Shown here one piece after another: positions 19,704 to 29,728 of a stretch of DNA of 64,000 nucleotides. The position numbers and the translations under genes were made by a program. The DNA is from Candidatus Babeliales bacterium (GTDB lineage: Bacteria > Babelota > Babeliae > Babelales > JANWKD01): assembly GCA_963722075.1 (NCBI GenBank), contig CAVRJM010000001.1, positions 1,312,001 through 1,376,000 of the forward strand, in the 5' to 3' direction. Below the pieces are notes generated by a model. The model ran no database searches. It had not been told where the DNA came from and saw only the letters and a program-made list of their open reading frames with translations. The stretch's first letter is position 1. Each line of letters opens with the position of its first letter.

Positions 19704-21472
19704 ACACAAATATTTTTAATTATATTAAAAATAGAATTGCGATTCTTGAGATTGTTAATAATTATACGACGGTAAAAAAAACGGGCCAATATTGGAAGGG
19801 TGCCTGCCCATTTCATAGTGAAAAGACGCCTTCATTTACGGTAAGCCCTGATAAAAATATCTTTTATTGTTTTGGTTGCCACAGTGGTGGAGACGTTATT
19901 ACCTTTATTGCCAAAGTTGAAAATATTACTCCTTTACAAGCAGTACATCATTTAGCCGAGCAATATTCTATTGATATACCACAGCAATTAGATGCTTATA
20001 AAGATCAAACCAACCTAGAACAAAAAAAACATTATTGGCATGTATGCCAGCTGGTGGCTCAATGGTGCCATGAAAATCTGCTTAAATCGACCCCAGCCAT
20101 GCACTATCTTAAAGAGCGGGGATTAAGCAAGGATTCATTATCGTTATTCATGCTGGGGTACTTCCCCAAAGGAATGCGGGAGCTTAAAGGACTTTTGGAA
20201 TTTATTAAACCATACCATTATCTTGCACAAGATCTTATAGAAGCGGGTATCTTGAGTGAAGGCAAAACGCAGCTCTATTCTCCTTTTGAGGATCGCATCA
20301 TGTTTCCCATCAAGGATTATCTAGGAAGATTTTGTGGTTTTGGGGCGCGAATTTTTAATGCAACTGATGAGCGCTCGAAATATTATAATTCAAAAGAAAA
20401 TAGCTATTTTTTAAAAGGGTCACTTATTTTTGGCTTTGATTCAGCAAAACAAGCTATTCAAAAGGCTGATGCGGCTTTTTTGGTTGAAGGCTACATGGAT
20501 TGCATTGCTATGGTGCAGCATGGATTTACTAATACGGTGGCAACCCTGGGTACAGCCTGTACGCTTGAGCATTTAAAACTTATGGCGCGGTACACCTCAA
20601 CGGTCTACGTGGTCTATGATAGTGATTTGGCAGGGCAAAATGCCATTTTACGGTTGGTTGAATTGTGTTGGCAGGTGAATCTGGAATTAAAGGTGATACA
20701 ATTGCCGCGGCATGAAGATCCTGCTTCTTATTTACAAAAGAACCTGGATTTTACTCAATTACTGAAGGATGCGCAGAATATTTTTACCTATTATATTCAG
20801 CACATGGGTGCAGATTTTGAAGGAAAACCACTTAATGAAAAGGTACGCCTAACCCGGCATTTATTAAAGATAATTCTTCAGGTTGCTGAGCCGCTCAAAC
20901 AGGATTTCTTATTGCAAATGGCCGCTAAATCCTACCAAATACCCTTTGATACCCTGAAAAAAGAGCTTCTAAAGAGCGGTGAACGGGCGTCAGATAAGCC
21001 CGAAACAGCCGCAACAAGCTCAGTGGCTACGGCTTTGCCGGAATCTTTATCCTTGAAAACAAATTCAGAATTGGAAAAAAAATTATTTTCTGTTATAATA
21101 AATAACGTGGGGATCCTTCAGGAAGAGGATTGGCATTTTATTGATTACTTTAATGGCCCATTGCAGGATATTTTAAAGAATATAAAACTTATAAAAAGTG
21201 AAAATCCGTCCCATGACTTTATCAATTTTTTTGAATTGCTGAGTTCGGAGCAAAAAAGTGTGGTGAGTAAATTATTAGTAGAATTTCAAGAATATACTCA
21301 TGAAAAGAACTTTGCACACCTATTTACGCAATTTCAAAAACAACACTGGAAATCATTGATGGCGGTTTTTAAAATAAAGCTTGCTAAGGCTGAGCAAGAA
21401 GGAAATAAAAATTTAACACAAAAACTGCTGCACGATCTGCAAAAAGTTAAAAATAAATTTAAAAATATCTAA
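19700..21472 (+). CDS. dnaG: DNA primase
   Basis: CPFH...CFGC zinc finger, KYYNS, VEGYMD and YDSD (TOPRIM). Confidence 0.97.
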   Translation: MNTNIFNYIKNRIAILEIVNNYTTVKKTGQYWKGACPFHSEKTPSFTVSPDKNIFYCFGCHSGGDVITFIAKVENITPLQAVHHLAEQYSIDIPQQLDAYKDQTNLEQKKHYWHVCQLVAQWCHENLLKSTPAMHYLKERGLSKDSLSLFMLGYFPKGMRELKGLLEFIKPYHYLAQDLIEAGILSEGKTQLYSPFEDRIMFPIKDYLGRFCGFGARIFNATDERSKYYNSKENSYFLKGSLIFGFDSAKQAIQKADAAFLVEGYMDCIAMVQHGFTNTVATLGTACTLEHLKLMARYTSTVYVVYDSDLAGQNAILRLVELCWQVNLELKVIQLPRHEDPASYLQKNLDFTQLLKDAQNIFTYYIQHMGADFEGKPLNEKVRLTRHLLKIILQVAEPLKQDFLLQMAAKSYQIPFDTLKKELLKSGERASDKPETAATSSVATALPESLSLKTNSELEKKLFSVIINNVGILQEEDWHFIDYFNGPLQDILKNIKLIKSENPSHDFINFFELLSSEQKSVVSKLLVEFQEYTHEKNFAHLFTQFQKQHWKSLMAVFKIKLAKAEQEGNKNLTQKLLHDLQKVKNKFKNI

Positions 21473-21481
21473 AGGAATAGA

Positions 21482-23469
21482 ATGATTAAAAAAGTAATAA
21501 AGAAAAATGAAAGTCACGGTGCTAAAGGTCCTAAAAAGAGTAAAAATCTGATTGAAGAAGAGGCACCTAAAAAAGGTCAAAAAGCGGTATTAAAAGAAGT
21601 TCCGGGTGATGAAGAATCATTTGATCCTACCGCACGCTTAGAAATTAAAAAAGGATTGATTGAGCCTTTATTAGTTAAAGGGAAAAAGCTTGGTTATTTA
21701 ACGTATGAAGAAATTATGGAATTTAGCCATAAGCATCACTTATCTGACCAAGATACCAATTCAATCATGCGTCTTTTTGATAAAGAAAACATTGATTTAT
21801 TAATGCAAGAAGAGCTGGATACTAATTCACCTGATATACATGATTATGAAAAAGATGATGAGCCGCTTAAAAGCAAAAATTTAAAAGAAAAATTTGAAAA
21901 TTCATTAGATATTGATTCTGATGAAGATTTGATTGAGGATGAAGAAGATACAGAAGCGGAAGATGAAGAGCGCCTTGCCGCTATTAAAGAAGCGGTATCT
22001 TCAACGCAAATAGCCGATGGGGTAAAATGCTACTTACGTGATATCGGTAAAATTCCTCTCTTAAATAAGAAAACTGAAACGGTTATTGCTGAGCAGATCG
22101 CTAGTGGTAAAAAAGGATCTATTGAAGCAATTTCAAAATTTCCTTTTATTCATAAAGAATTCGTTTCTATTGGTGAGCGTTTACAAAAAGATTCTATTGC
22201 ACTTAAAGATGTGATTCAATTTTCTGAATTCGATCAAGAAAACTTACCAAAGGTGCAAGAAGAAAAAGATGCCTTACTGGCAACGATAAAAACAATTGCT
22301 GATTTGATTGATAATGAAGAAAAAATATATCGATCATATCGAGGAAAATTGGATACCGATGCTAAAAAGAAAGAGATGCTTGATAAGGTTAAGCAAAATA
22401 AAGAAAAAATTGCACAGACTATTCAATCAATTAAGGTCGCCAATAAACTTATTCGTAAATTAGGTAACCGTATCGAAAAAGCGGTAACTAAAATTAACGA
22501 AAAGAATCATGACATTGATCTGAGCAAAGAGAAAGTTAGTCTCTTACAGCGAAAAAAAGCAGCGCCAGAAATTCAAGCAGAGATAGAAGAACTTGAGCGT
22601 TCAATTCGTTCCTCTCAAAAGATTATTAAAAAATATGAAGGAGAGATGGGATTAAACCAAGATCTTGTTATTAAATATTATACGCAGCTTAAAATAAGTC
22701 AGGTAAAAGATAAACGTGCTAAAGATGATCTTGCTAAAGCAAACTTACGCTTAGTGGTAAATATTGCAAAAAAATATATAAACCGCGGACTCCATTTCCT
22801 TGATCTTATTCAAGAAGGTAATATTGGTTTAATGAAAGCGGTGGAAAAATTTGAGTTTGAACGAGGCTATAAGTTTTCTACATATGCCACTTGGTGGATT
22901 CGTCAAGCAATTACCCGTGCTATAGCAGATCAATCACGTACGATTCGTGTTCCAGTCCATATGGTGGAAACCTTAAATAAGATTAACAAAATTAAAAGAA
23001 TCTTTGTGCAAGAGCATGGCCGTGAACCAACGCATGCCGAGCTTGCTAAAGAATTAAATATTGATGAAAAGAAAATCAAAAATATTATTAAGATCTCTAA
23101 AGAGCCTATTTCACTTGAAACCCCAGTAGGTGATAGTGAAGATGCCTTTATTAAAGACTTTATTGAAAACGAAGATGAATTTTCACCCGCTGATACCGTA
23201 GCAGTAATGATCTTAAAGAACGTGTGCGAGAAGTGCTTAAAACATTAACACCGCGTGAAGAGAAGGTACTTAAAATGCGTTTTGGTATTGACGTAGCGTC
23301 AGAGCATACACTTGAAGAAGTGGGTAAAGATTTCTCAGTAACGCGAGAACGTATTCGTCAAATTGAAGTTAAAGCATTACGTAAATTACGTCATCCATCA
23401 CGAAGCAAAAAATTAGAATCGTTTTTTGATAAAGAATTTGATAGCATTTCAAATGATTCTATTGAATGA
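21482..23469 (+). CDS. rpoD: RNA polymerase primary sigma factor, split by a 1-nt deletion near 23203-23205
   Basis: Regions 1.1-3 in ORF 21482-23248 ([29 protein letters not shown]); region 4 in ORF 23224-23469 ([16 protein letters not shown]); follows dnaG. Confidence 0.93.
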
Positions 23470-23501
23470 CGCATTTATTGAAAAAAAGGTAAAAAAGAAC
23501 A

Positions 23502-24809
23502 ATGGAACCTGATCATTTTTGGGGATTATTATATAGTGAAATTGCTGGGTTTATTATTGCAATAATAAGTTGCGCTTTATTCTCTTTTTTAGAAACAACC
23601 GTAACGGCGTTGCGGCTTTTTAAATTAAAAGAATTAGCTACTTCTGCCAAACGATACAAAACCTTATTAGAGACGCTCGAAAATAATCCTCATCAGGTTT
23701 TGATTACTATCTTAATTGCTAATAGTTTAGCAAATGTTACCGCGGCAGCTTTAATTACCACTATTACTGAGCAGATTTTTTCGCGTTTACATCTTTCTTC
23801 TGGGTTAGGATTTTCGGTGGGTATTGGATTTGGCACCTTTGCAATATTACTGTTTGGCGAAGTTATTCCTAAAAACTTTGCAAAGCTGCATGGTGAAAAG
23901 CTATTTAAATCGGCCTTATGGATTACTAATATTACTTTTTACATACTGTATCCATTTGTAAAATTCTTAATTGCACTTTCAGATTTTTTTGTATCATATG
24001 TAGGTGGCAGAGCCGAATCAACCGAGCTTGTTACTTCTGAGCGTGAGATTCGATTTTTGATTGATTATATTAATAAAAAAGGGCTTATCGAAACAGAAAA
24101 AACAGAAATGCTCCAAAGTATCTTTAATTTTGGCAGTAAGCCCGTTAAAGAAATTATGGTTCCTATGATTGATATTATTATGGTCAGTTCAAAAGAATCA
24201 TTAAAGGAAGCGCTTACTACCTTTTCTACCTATCAATTTTCTCGTATGCCTGTTTATGAAGATAACCCCGATAACGTTATTGGGTTAATTTATCAAAAGG
24301 ATATTTTTACGCTTCTTTCAAAGGGAGAAGATAAACCGCTCATTGACCTGGTGCGGCCTATTATTTTTGTACCAGAGAATATGAAAATTAATCAGCTATT
24401 ACGTCAATTTAAGGTAGAACGTATGCATATGGCTATGGTTATTAATGAATATGGCAACAGTACCGGATTAGTTACCCTTGAAGATATTCTTGAAGAAATT
24501 GTGGGTGAGATTAATGATGAATATGAAGAAATTACTGAAAAAATAGTTTCATTAAAAGAAGGCGGTTGGCTTGTTGATGCTACCGTCGATTTAGAGACGC
24601 TTAGTAATCTGCTGGGCATTAATTTTGAAGTTGAAGATGCCTTTACCTTAGCAGGTTTTTTAATGGAGCAGATGCAGCATTTGCCTAAAAAGGATGAACG
24701 GATTTTATACCATCACTATTATTTCCACGTACAAAAAGCCAGCCATAAGCGCGTAATTCAGGTATGGATTTATAAAGAGAATAGTGCTGATAAGAATGCC
24801 ATTATATAA
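23502..24809 (+). CDS. CNNM/CorC/HlyC family (DUF21-CBS-CorC) transporter-associated protein
   Basis: LFSFLET, FGEVIPK, FSRMPVY, VTLEDILEEIVGEI. Confidence 0.93.
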   Translation: MEPDHFWGLLYSEIAGFIIAIISCALFSFLETTVTALRLFKLKELATSAKRYKTLLETLENNPHQVLITILIANSLANVTAAALITTITEQIFSRLHLSSGLGFSVGIGFGTFAILLFGEVIPKNFAKLHGEKLFKSALWITNITFYILYPFVKFLIALSDFFVSYVGGRAESTELVTSEREIRFLIDYINKKGLIETEKTEMLQSIFNFGSKPVKEIMVPMIDIIMVSSKESLKEALTTFSTYQFSRMPVYEDNPDNVIGLIYQKDIFTLLSKGEDKPLIDLVRPIIFVPENMKINQLLRQFKVERMHMAMVINEYGNSTGLVTLEDILEEIVGEINDEYEEITEKIVSLKEGGWLVDATVDLETLSNLLGINFEVEDAFTLAGFLMEQMQHLPKKDERILYHHYYFHVQKASHKRVIQVWIYKENSADKNAII

Positions 24810-24821
24810 TAAGATCGTATT

Positions 24822-25100
24822 ATGAAAAATGTGTCTGTTGGGATAAGCGATTTTAAGAAACTTATCACTGGAAATTATTATTATGTCGATAAGACACTGT
24901 TAATTAGAGAGCTATTTGAAAGCCCTGGAATAGTACAATTAATTCCCCGTCCGCGTCGGTTTGGCAAGACGCTTAACCTTTCCATGTTAAAATATTTTTT
25001 TGAAAAAACCGAAATTGATAATAGTGGCCTTTTTACGAACACCAAGATTTGGCATGATGAGCAATATAGAAAACTGCAAGGAAAATATTCGGTAATCCTT
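24822..25100 (+). pseudogene. Truncated AAA-ATPase-like (PF09820-type) protein
   Basis: GISDF..L....YYVDKT, RPRRFGKTLNLSML, GKYSVI; family similarity stops abruptly near 25097. Confidence 0.8.
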
Positions 25101-25483
25101 TATTGGCCGCTGTTAAATAAACTTCTTTTGCATAGTCTTGTGATTGGAAATAATTTTGTTGTTTTGCTTCTGGAAAATATTTTTTATAGAAATCTATGTA
25201 GAGGTCCAATCCTTTTTGGAGCAAATTTATAAATATGGGGTTTGTCAGTTTTTGGTAGTTTGCTTAAAACTTCTGCATAATGGGCATTTACTAATGCAAT
25301 TTGCCGAATACAATCATGTGCTTCAACCGCTTTTTTAAATTCTTCTTGATACAGTTCTTCATTATTTTTAAGTTCTCGTCTCAGTGCAAAATGTTCTTCC
25401 ATAGGATTGCTGCTGGTAATAGGCGTGGATGTGGATTCACAGTCTTGCATGCAATAAGGAGATACAGAAAATAAGATACTCAT
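25095..25483 (-). pseudogene. Frameshifted and 3'-truncated secreted hypothetical protein
   Basis: ORF 25184-25483 appears to continue in the 25033-25224 frame (LQKGLDLYIDFY...AANKG) up to the junction with the AAA remnant. Confidence 0.5.
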
Positions 25484-25560
25484 TAGTTATAAAGGAAAAA
25501 GGCGTTATTTACAATGCTTTATGTAAAAGTTTGCTGTTTTTTTAAAGAATAAATTTGTAT

Positions 25561-28311
25561 TTATAGAATATTTTGTAACCAAGAATAATGTGGTTGCTTT
25601 TTTAATTTATCCAATTCTTGTTGATGTTCTAGAGATAATTGAGCGCCATATTTTTTTAATATTCTAATAACTTTTCTAACTTGCCTTCGTTCCAAGTAAA
25701 ATTCCATATCCCATCCTTCGTGCATATATTGAATTAGCTCTCGATATTTATTAAGTAATAGTTCTGATTGCAAATTTGAAGAAATGCCATATGAACACAA
25801 TAATTTAATCTTTTTTAAACCATCAGCATCATCGCCAAACGTAAATACTCTTTTTACAAATTCTTCGTCTTGATTATAGCCGGCATCTAAAAATAATTTA
25901 AAAATTTCTTCTTGAGTGTATGATGATAAATTTAGATTAAAATTATCCGCTGATGGCTTGAAATTAAGCACTTCTTTTAAAAAAAGATTAATTTTTGATA
26001 AAGCAGCTTGCGGATTATGATCATGTTTGCTCCATGAAGCCTCAAGCAAAAGTCTATCTATAATTCTATAAGATTGAGCACCCATATTCAGTAATTCTAT
26101 AAATTCAGATAGTTTGTTTTTGTAAAGTGTGTATTCCAATAGATTATATGCAGTCACGGATCCAGGGATATTAGAATTAACGGATTTAGAAAGCTCATCC
26201 GCGATTGTTGTGTTTAAATAATCGCTATTTTCTGCGTTATAGTTAAAAATTCTTTTCAGGGATTCTTTTTGTTCTTGATGGGATATTTGTAACTGCGAAT
26301 GCCGTTTTAACGGTAATAAGTTTTTAAAAATAAGAGCATCAATTAAGTGATTTTCTCCATATTTAAACCTACGAAGTAACGATTTAACCTCGTTAGTATC
26401 TAGAATGATGTCCAATTGTTCTTGTTGAGGTAAATAATAAATAAGCCCATCAATGAATATTTTTTCTTCCCCAGAAAGGTCCTGCCTAAAAATTTTTTTT
26501 AGTAAAGGGATATGATTTTTTAAATACTCCTCAAATCGCTTATCTTTTAAATGAATTTTATAACGAATAATTGCCTTAATGACTGACTCGATAAAATGTT
26601 CATCATTAGGAAGACTTTGCATTAAACTGAATGCTAAATCAAAAAAAGCAGGAGAATGCTTATAATAAAATATCTCATTAATAACCAATAGTGCTTGATT
26701 GGGATCATGTAATGGTTGGCTAATAAAGTAATGATACAAAACTTCGTCAGATGAAGTTTGGCACCGCTCACGTGGATTCAATGCAGTAAGGCAACTTAAA
26801 TTTTGTTTTGTTAACGGATTAAGTTCATAATCTTTTGCATTAAGAAAGGTCAAACAATAAGGAGAGCCATATTTTGAATCTTTTTTTCTTAAATCTTTTA
26901 TAAACGTATGCCCGGGAACGATAGTTAATAGCAATTTATCAGACTGATTCTTTTCAGTTATGGTAATAGTAATGGTATTATGTTTAGCTTCAATATCATT
27001 AACTGGTTGGAATGTTATTTTCCTGCGATGATCAGAAAGAGCTTCACCTAATTCTTGGAAGGTGGTCACCTTTATATTCAACAAGTAATTAAACAGATTG
27101 ATGACATTAATCGCTGATGAACGAATTTCATAATTACCGCGAACATATTCTATAGTTGGACTATCTGAAACGGTATTCATCCATGCTTGGCCGGCACCAC
27201 GTACCAAGGTGCTATCTTTTTGATTATTAACTGAGTCAAAAGAGCAATAATCAATATAAAATTGAATTAATTCTTGACGTGGGCTGATTGTATCGGGGAG
27301 CATTGAAAGGTCAAACGAACTATCCTTATGGTTTACTAATAAACGGTTAAAAATACTCCGCATTGAAGTTTCAAAACAATCCGGTGCTCTGTTTTGTGAA
27401 TCGCCATATGCATAAGCACTTTGAATTACTTGAGGAGGATATACATTTGCATATTGTTCTTTAATAGTAGTAATGATTGTTTGCTCATAATGATCAGTAG
27501 CAAATCCTATAGGATTTGTTTGACTATAATTTTGTTTAAAGTTTTCTAAAAATTCAGCGTATTTTTGTTCTGTTTCATTGGAATAATGGTCAGCTATTAA
27601 TTGTTGCGCATTATTTGATTCTTTAAAAACGGGTAGATGGTTATGAAGTGACTCTAAATATTGTACCGGCTCTTCTTTTTTATTGGCTTTAAGATGTAAA
27701 AAGCCTAACAGTGATGATTGCGTACTATGTGGTAATAAGTGCTTTTTATGTTTGCTTTCCTGGGCAGCTTTTTGTATGGTATCAAGAACGGCGTTAATTT
27801 TAGCTAAACTAGCTCTATCAGCAACTCTATTATGCTCATCTTTCCATTGCTGGGCAATGTTATCTTTCGTTTTATCAAAAGTATTATTCTGTAAGCTTCC
27901 TATAATGGTCCCTACTAGGCGCGGGTTTAATGAGTAACAAGGGTTACTTTTATTTTGAGTTGGCCTAAATTGATCATCGCGCAAGTGGAATAATCCTGTT
28001 TTTTCATCTGATACCAATTTTGTTAATGCATCTTGCTCGCTGCCATACTGATATAATCGTTTTAACCATCCACTTTCAGCGAGCGCTGCACCATGAATAG
28101 GGGAAAAAGGCTTTGCTTCATCAGTAAGCCCATTATAAAGATGCTTTAAGTGATCATGATGGAGTGAGCGGGTTCTGGAAAATGAAAAAGGAGAAAAGGC
28201 ATTAAATAAATTTGAAATAGTTTTTCGAGAACGGGCAGTGATACGACTCATAGCCCAGGCTGCAGGGCTAGTGGATAGTAATAACACTATTAAAAATTTA
28301 TAAAAAGACAT
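25561..28311 (-). CDS. Large secreted hypothetical protein (putative effector)
   Basis: 916-aa ORF, GGAGG RBS, signal peptide ...AWA then an Arg/Ser-rich segment; degenerate ankyrin-like C-terminus (LLNMGA, FLDAGY, LKKYGA). Confidence 0.8.
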   Translation of the reverse strand: MSFYKFLIVLLLSTSPAAWAMSRITARSRKTISNLFNAFSPFSFSRTRSLHHDHLKHLYNGLTDEAKPFSPIHGAALAESGWLKRLYQYGSEQDALTKLVSDEKTGLFHLRDDQFRPTQNKSNPCYSLNPRLVGTIIGSLQNNTFDKTKDNIAQQWKDEHNRVADRASLAKINAVLDTIQKAAQESKHKKHLLPHSTQSSLLGFLHLKANKKEEPVQYLESLHNHLPVFKESNNAQQLIADHYSNETEQKYAEFLENFKQNYSQTNPIGFATDHYEQTIITTIKEQYANVYPPQVIQSAYAYGDSQNRAPDCFETSMRSIFNRLLVNHKDSSFDLSMLPDTISPRQELIQFYIDYCSFDSVNNQKDSTLVRGAGQAWMNTVSDSPTIEYVRGNYEIRSSAINVINLFNYLLNIKVTTFQELGEALSDHRRKITFQPVNDIEAKHNTITITITEKNQSDKLLLTIVPGHTFIKDLRKKDSKYGSPYCLTFLNAKDYELNPLTKQNLSCLTALNPRERCQTSSDEVLYHYFISQPLHDPNQALLVINEIFYYKHSPAFFDLAFSLMQSLPNDEHFIESVIKAIIRYKIHLKDKRFEEYLKNHIPLLKKIFRQDLSGEEKIFIDGLIYYLPQQEQLDIILDTNEVKSLLRRFKYGENHLIDALIFKNLLPLKRHSQLQISHQEQKESLKRIFNYNAENSDYLNTTIADELSKSVNSNIPGSVTAYNLLEYTLYKNKLSEFIELLNMGAQSYRIIDRLLLEASWSKHDHNPQAALSKINLFLKEVLNFKPSADNFNLNLSSYTQEEIFKLFLDAGYNQDEEFVKRVFTFGDDADGLKKIKLLCSYGISSNLQSELLLNKYRELIQYMHEGWDMEFYLERRQVRKVIRILKKYGAQLSLEHQQELDKLKKQPHYSWLQNIL

Positions 28312-28326
28312 ACAACCTCCTAATTT

Positions 28327-29535
28327 TTATTGCTTCAGTTGATTTAATTGTTTGGTAACTTCCGTAGCCATTTTTTTTAATTCAGGATCATAATTAAAAC
28401 GATCGGGATGAAATTGGCTCACCAGTTTTAAATAAGCGGTCTTAATTTCTTCATCGGCAGTGATATAAGAAAGCCCCACCAGAAGATTTGTATTGAGTTT
28501 CTTATTATTTTTTATTTGGGTAAATAAATGATACACCGCCTGTTCAGTTGAATTTTGGTATTTGTTTTCATCAAAATTAGTGAATTGTTGTGCTGATTCA
28601 TACTTAGCATAGTTTGCAGTATTAGATTGATAACTTTTAGATTCTTGGGCACGGTTTTTTTGTTGAGCGGGTATATCTAAAACATTATATAAATCATGAC
28701 ATTTATTGGTGGTAATAGTTTCTTTACAAATAACGGTTTTATATTCTTCGATATATATTAAATCGCCCTTGCGATATGTTACCCTTTTACATGGTTGCAT
28801 AAGAATGGAAAGTATAACTTCGTAAATATGAACATTCTCGTAGTTATATTCTCGAAGAGCAGCATTACGTGCTTCTTTTATTTCTATATAATATTGAACT
28901 AAATCGCCCGGTTCAAAATAGAGCTGTAATTTTTTTAAAGCACCAATATTGAGTTTGCGTACTGCCAATCGTAATGCTTTTTTATTAAGGCGAGCGCCAT
29001 ATTTTAACAAGGTGCTTATAAGAGCCTCTTGCTTTTCGGGAGAAAGATGTTTGCTTAAAAAGACCGCATGGTCGAGCGCGGTTGATCCCATTACTCCCGT
29101 GCGATGATCAAGACAACTATTAAGTAAGTTGGCATCACGCATTTTTTGTACTAATTCTTCAAATGAAAGATTGGCAAAAAAAGAGCACTCTTTACCTTGT
29201 GTTTTAGCTGCAAAGGCGTCCAAAAGTTCATCATGGTATTGTTGTGTTGATTTAAAGTAGGATTTAACGTGTTCCCATATAGTTTGTTGTGGCTTTGAAT
29301 ATGAAAATAATCTGCGTGGCGCAGGATTAGTAAAAGGAGCTTTTTGTTCATTATTATAGCCAGAAAAAGTCCATAAGGTTCCTAAAAAGATTTTAGATCG
29401 ATTATTGAAAGGGTTAGAAGGCCTAAAAATGCTCGAAAGAGAAGCAGTAGATCTTGGCCTGGTAACTTTATTCATTCCCCAGCTATAGGTAGAAATAAAT
29501 AGAAGGAATAAGATAATAAACTTATAAAAAGACAT
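28327..29535 (-). CDS. Secreted ankyrin-repeat and C-terminal DnaJ-domain protein
   Basis: GSTALDHAV...LLKYGA ankyrin; EIKTAYLKLVSQFHPDR J-domain; leader shared with the adjacent gene. Confidence 0.8.
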   Translation of the reverse strand: MSFYKFIILFLLFISTYSWGMNKVTRPRSTASLSSIFRPSNPFNNRSKIFLGTLWTFSGYNNEQKAPFTNPAPRRLFSYSKPQQTIWEHVKSYFKSTQQYHDELLDAFAAKTQGKECSFFANLSFEELVQKMRDANLLNSCLDHRTGVMGSTALDHAVFLSKHLSPEKQEALISTLLKYGARLNKKALRLAVRKLNIGALKKLQLYFEPGDLVQYYIEIKEARNAALREYNYENVHIYEVILSILMQPCKRVTYRKGDLIYIEEYKTVICKETITTNKCHDLYNVLDIPAQQKNRAQESKSYQSNTANYAKYESAQQFTNFDENKYQNSTEQAVYHLFTQIKNNKKLNTNLLVGLSYITADEEIKTAYLKLVSQFHPDRFNYDPELKKMATEVTKQLNQLKQ

Positions 29536-29728
29536 ATAAACCCCATTTAGTTATTTATTGTGTATAAATATAAAATAAATTAAAATTTGCTATTTGTCAA
29601 ATAATATAGGATTGGTAGAAAATGGGAGATTTTATTTGTTTTTTTGTTAATGCAAATTGGACAGAAGAAAAGGGTTCTTATAGACTACAATTTATACAAA
29701 AAATAGGTCGTTTTGATAAAGGATTATA

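Noticed and set aside
23224..23469. Independent small sigma-region-4 protein or programmed frameshift
   Set aside because: Contiguous with rpoD after a 1-nt correction; no slippery sequence
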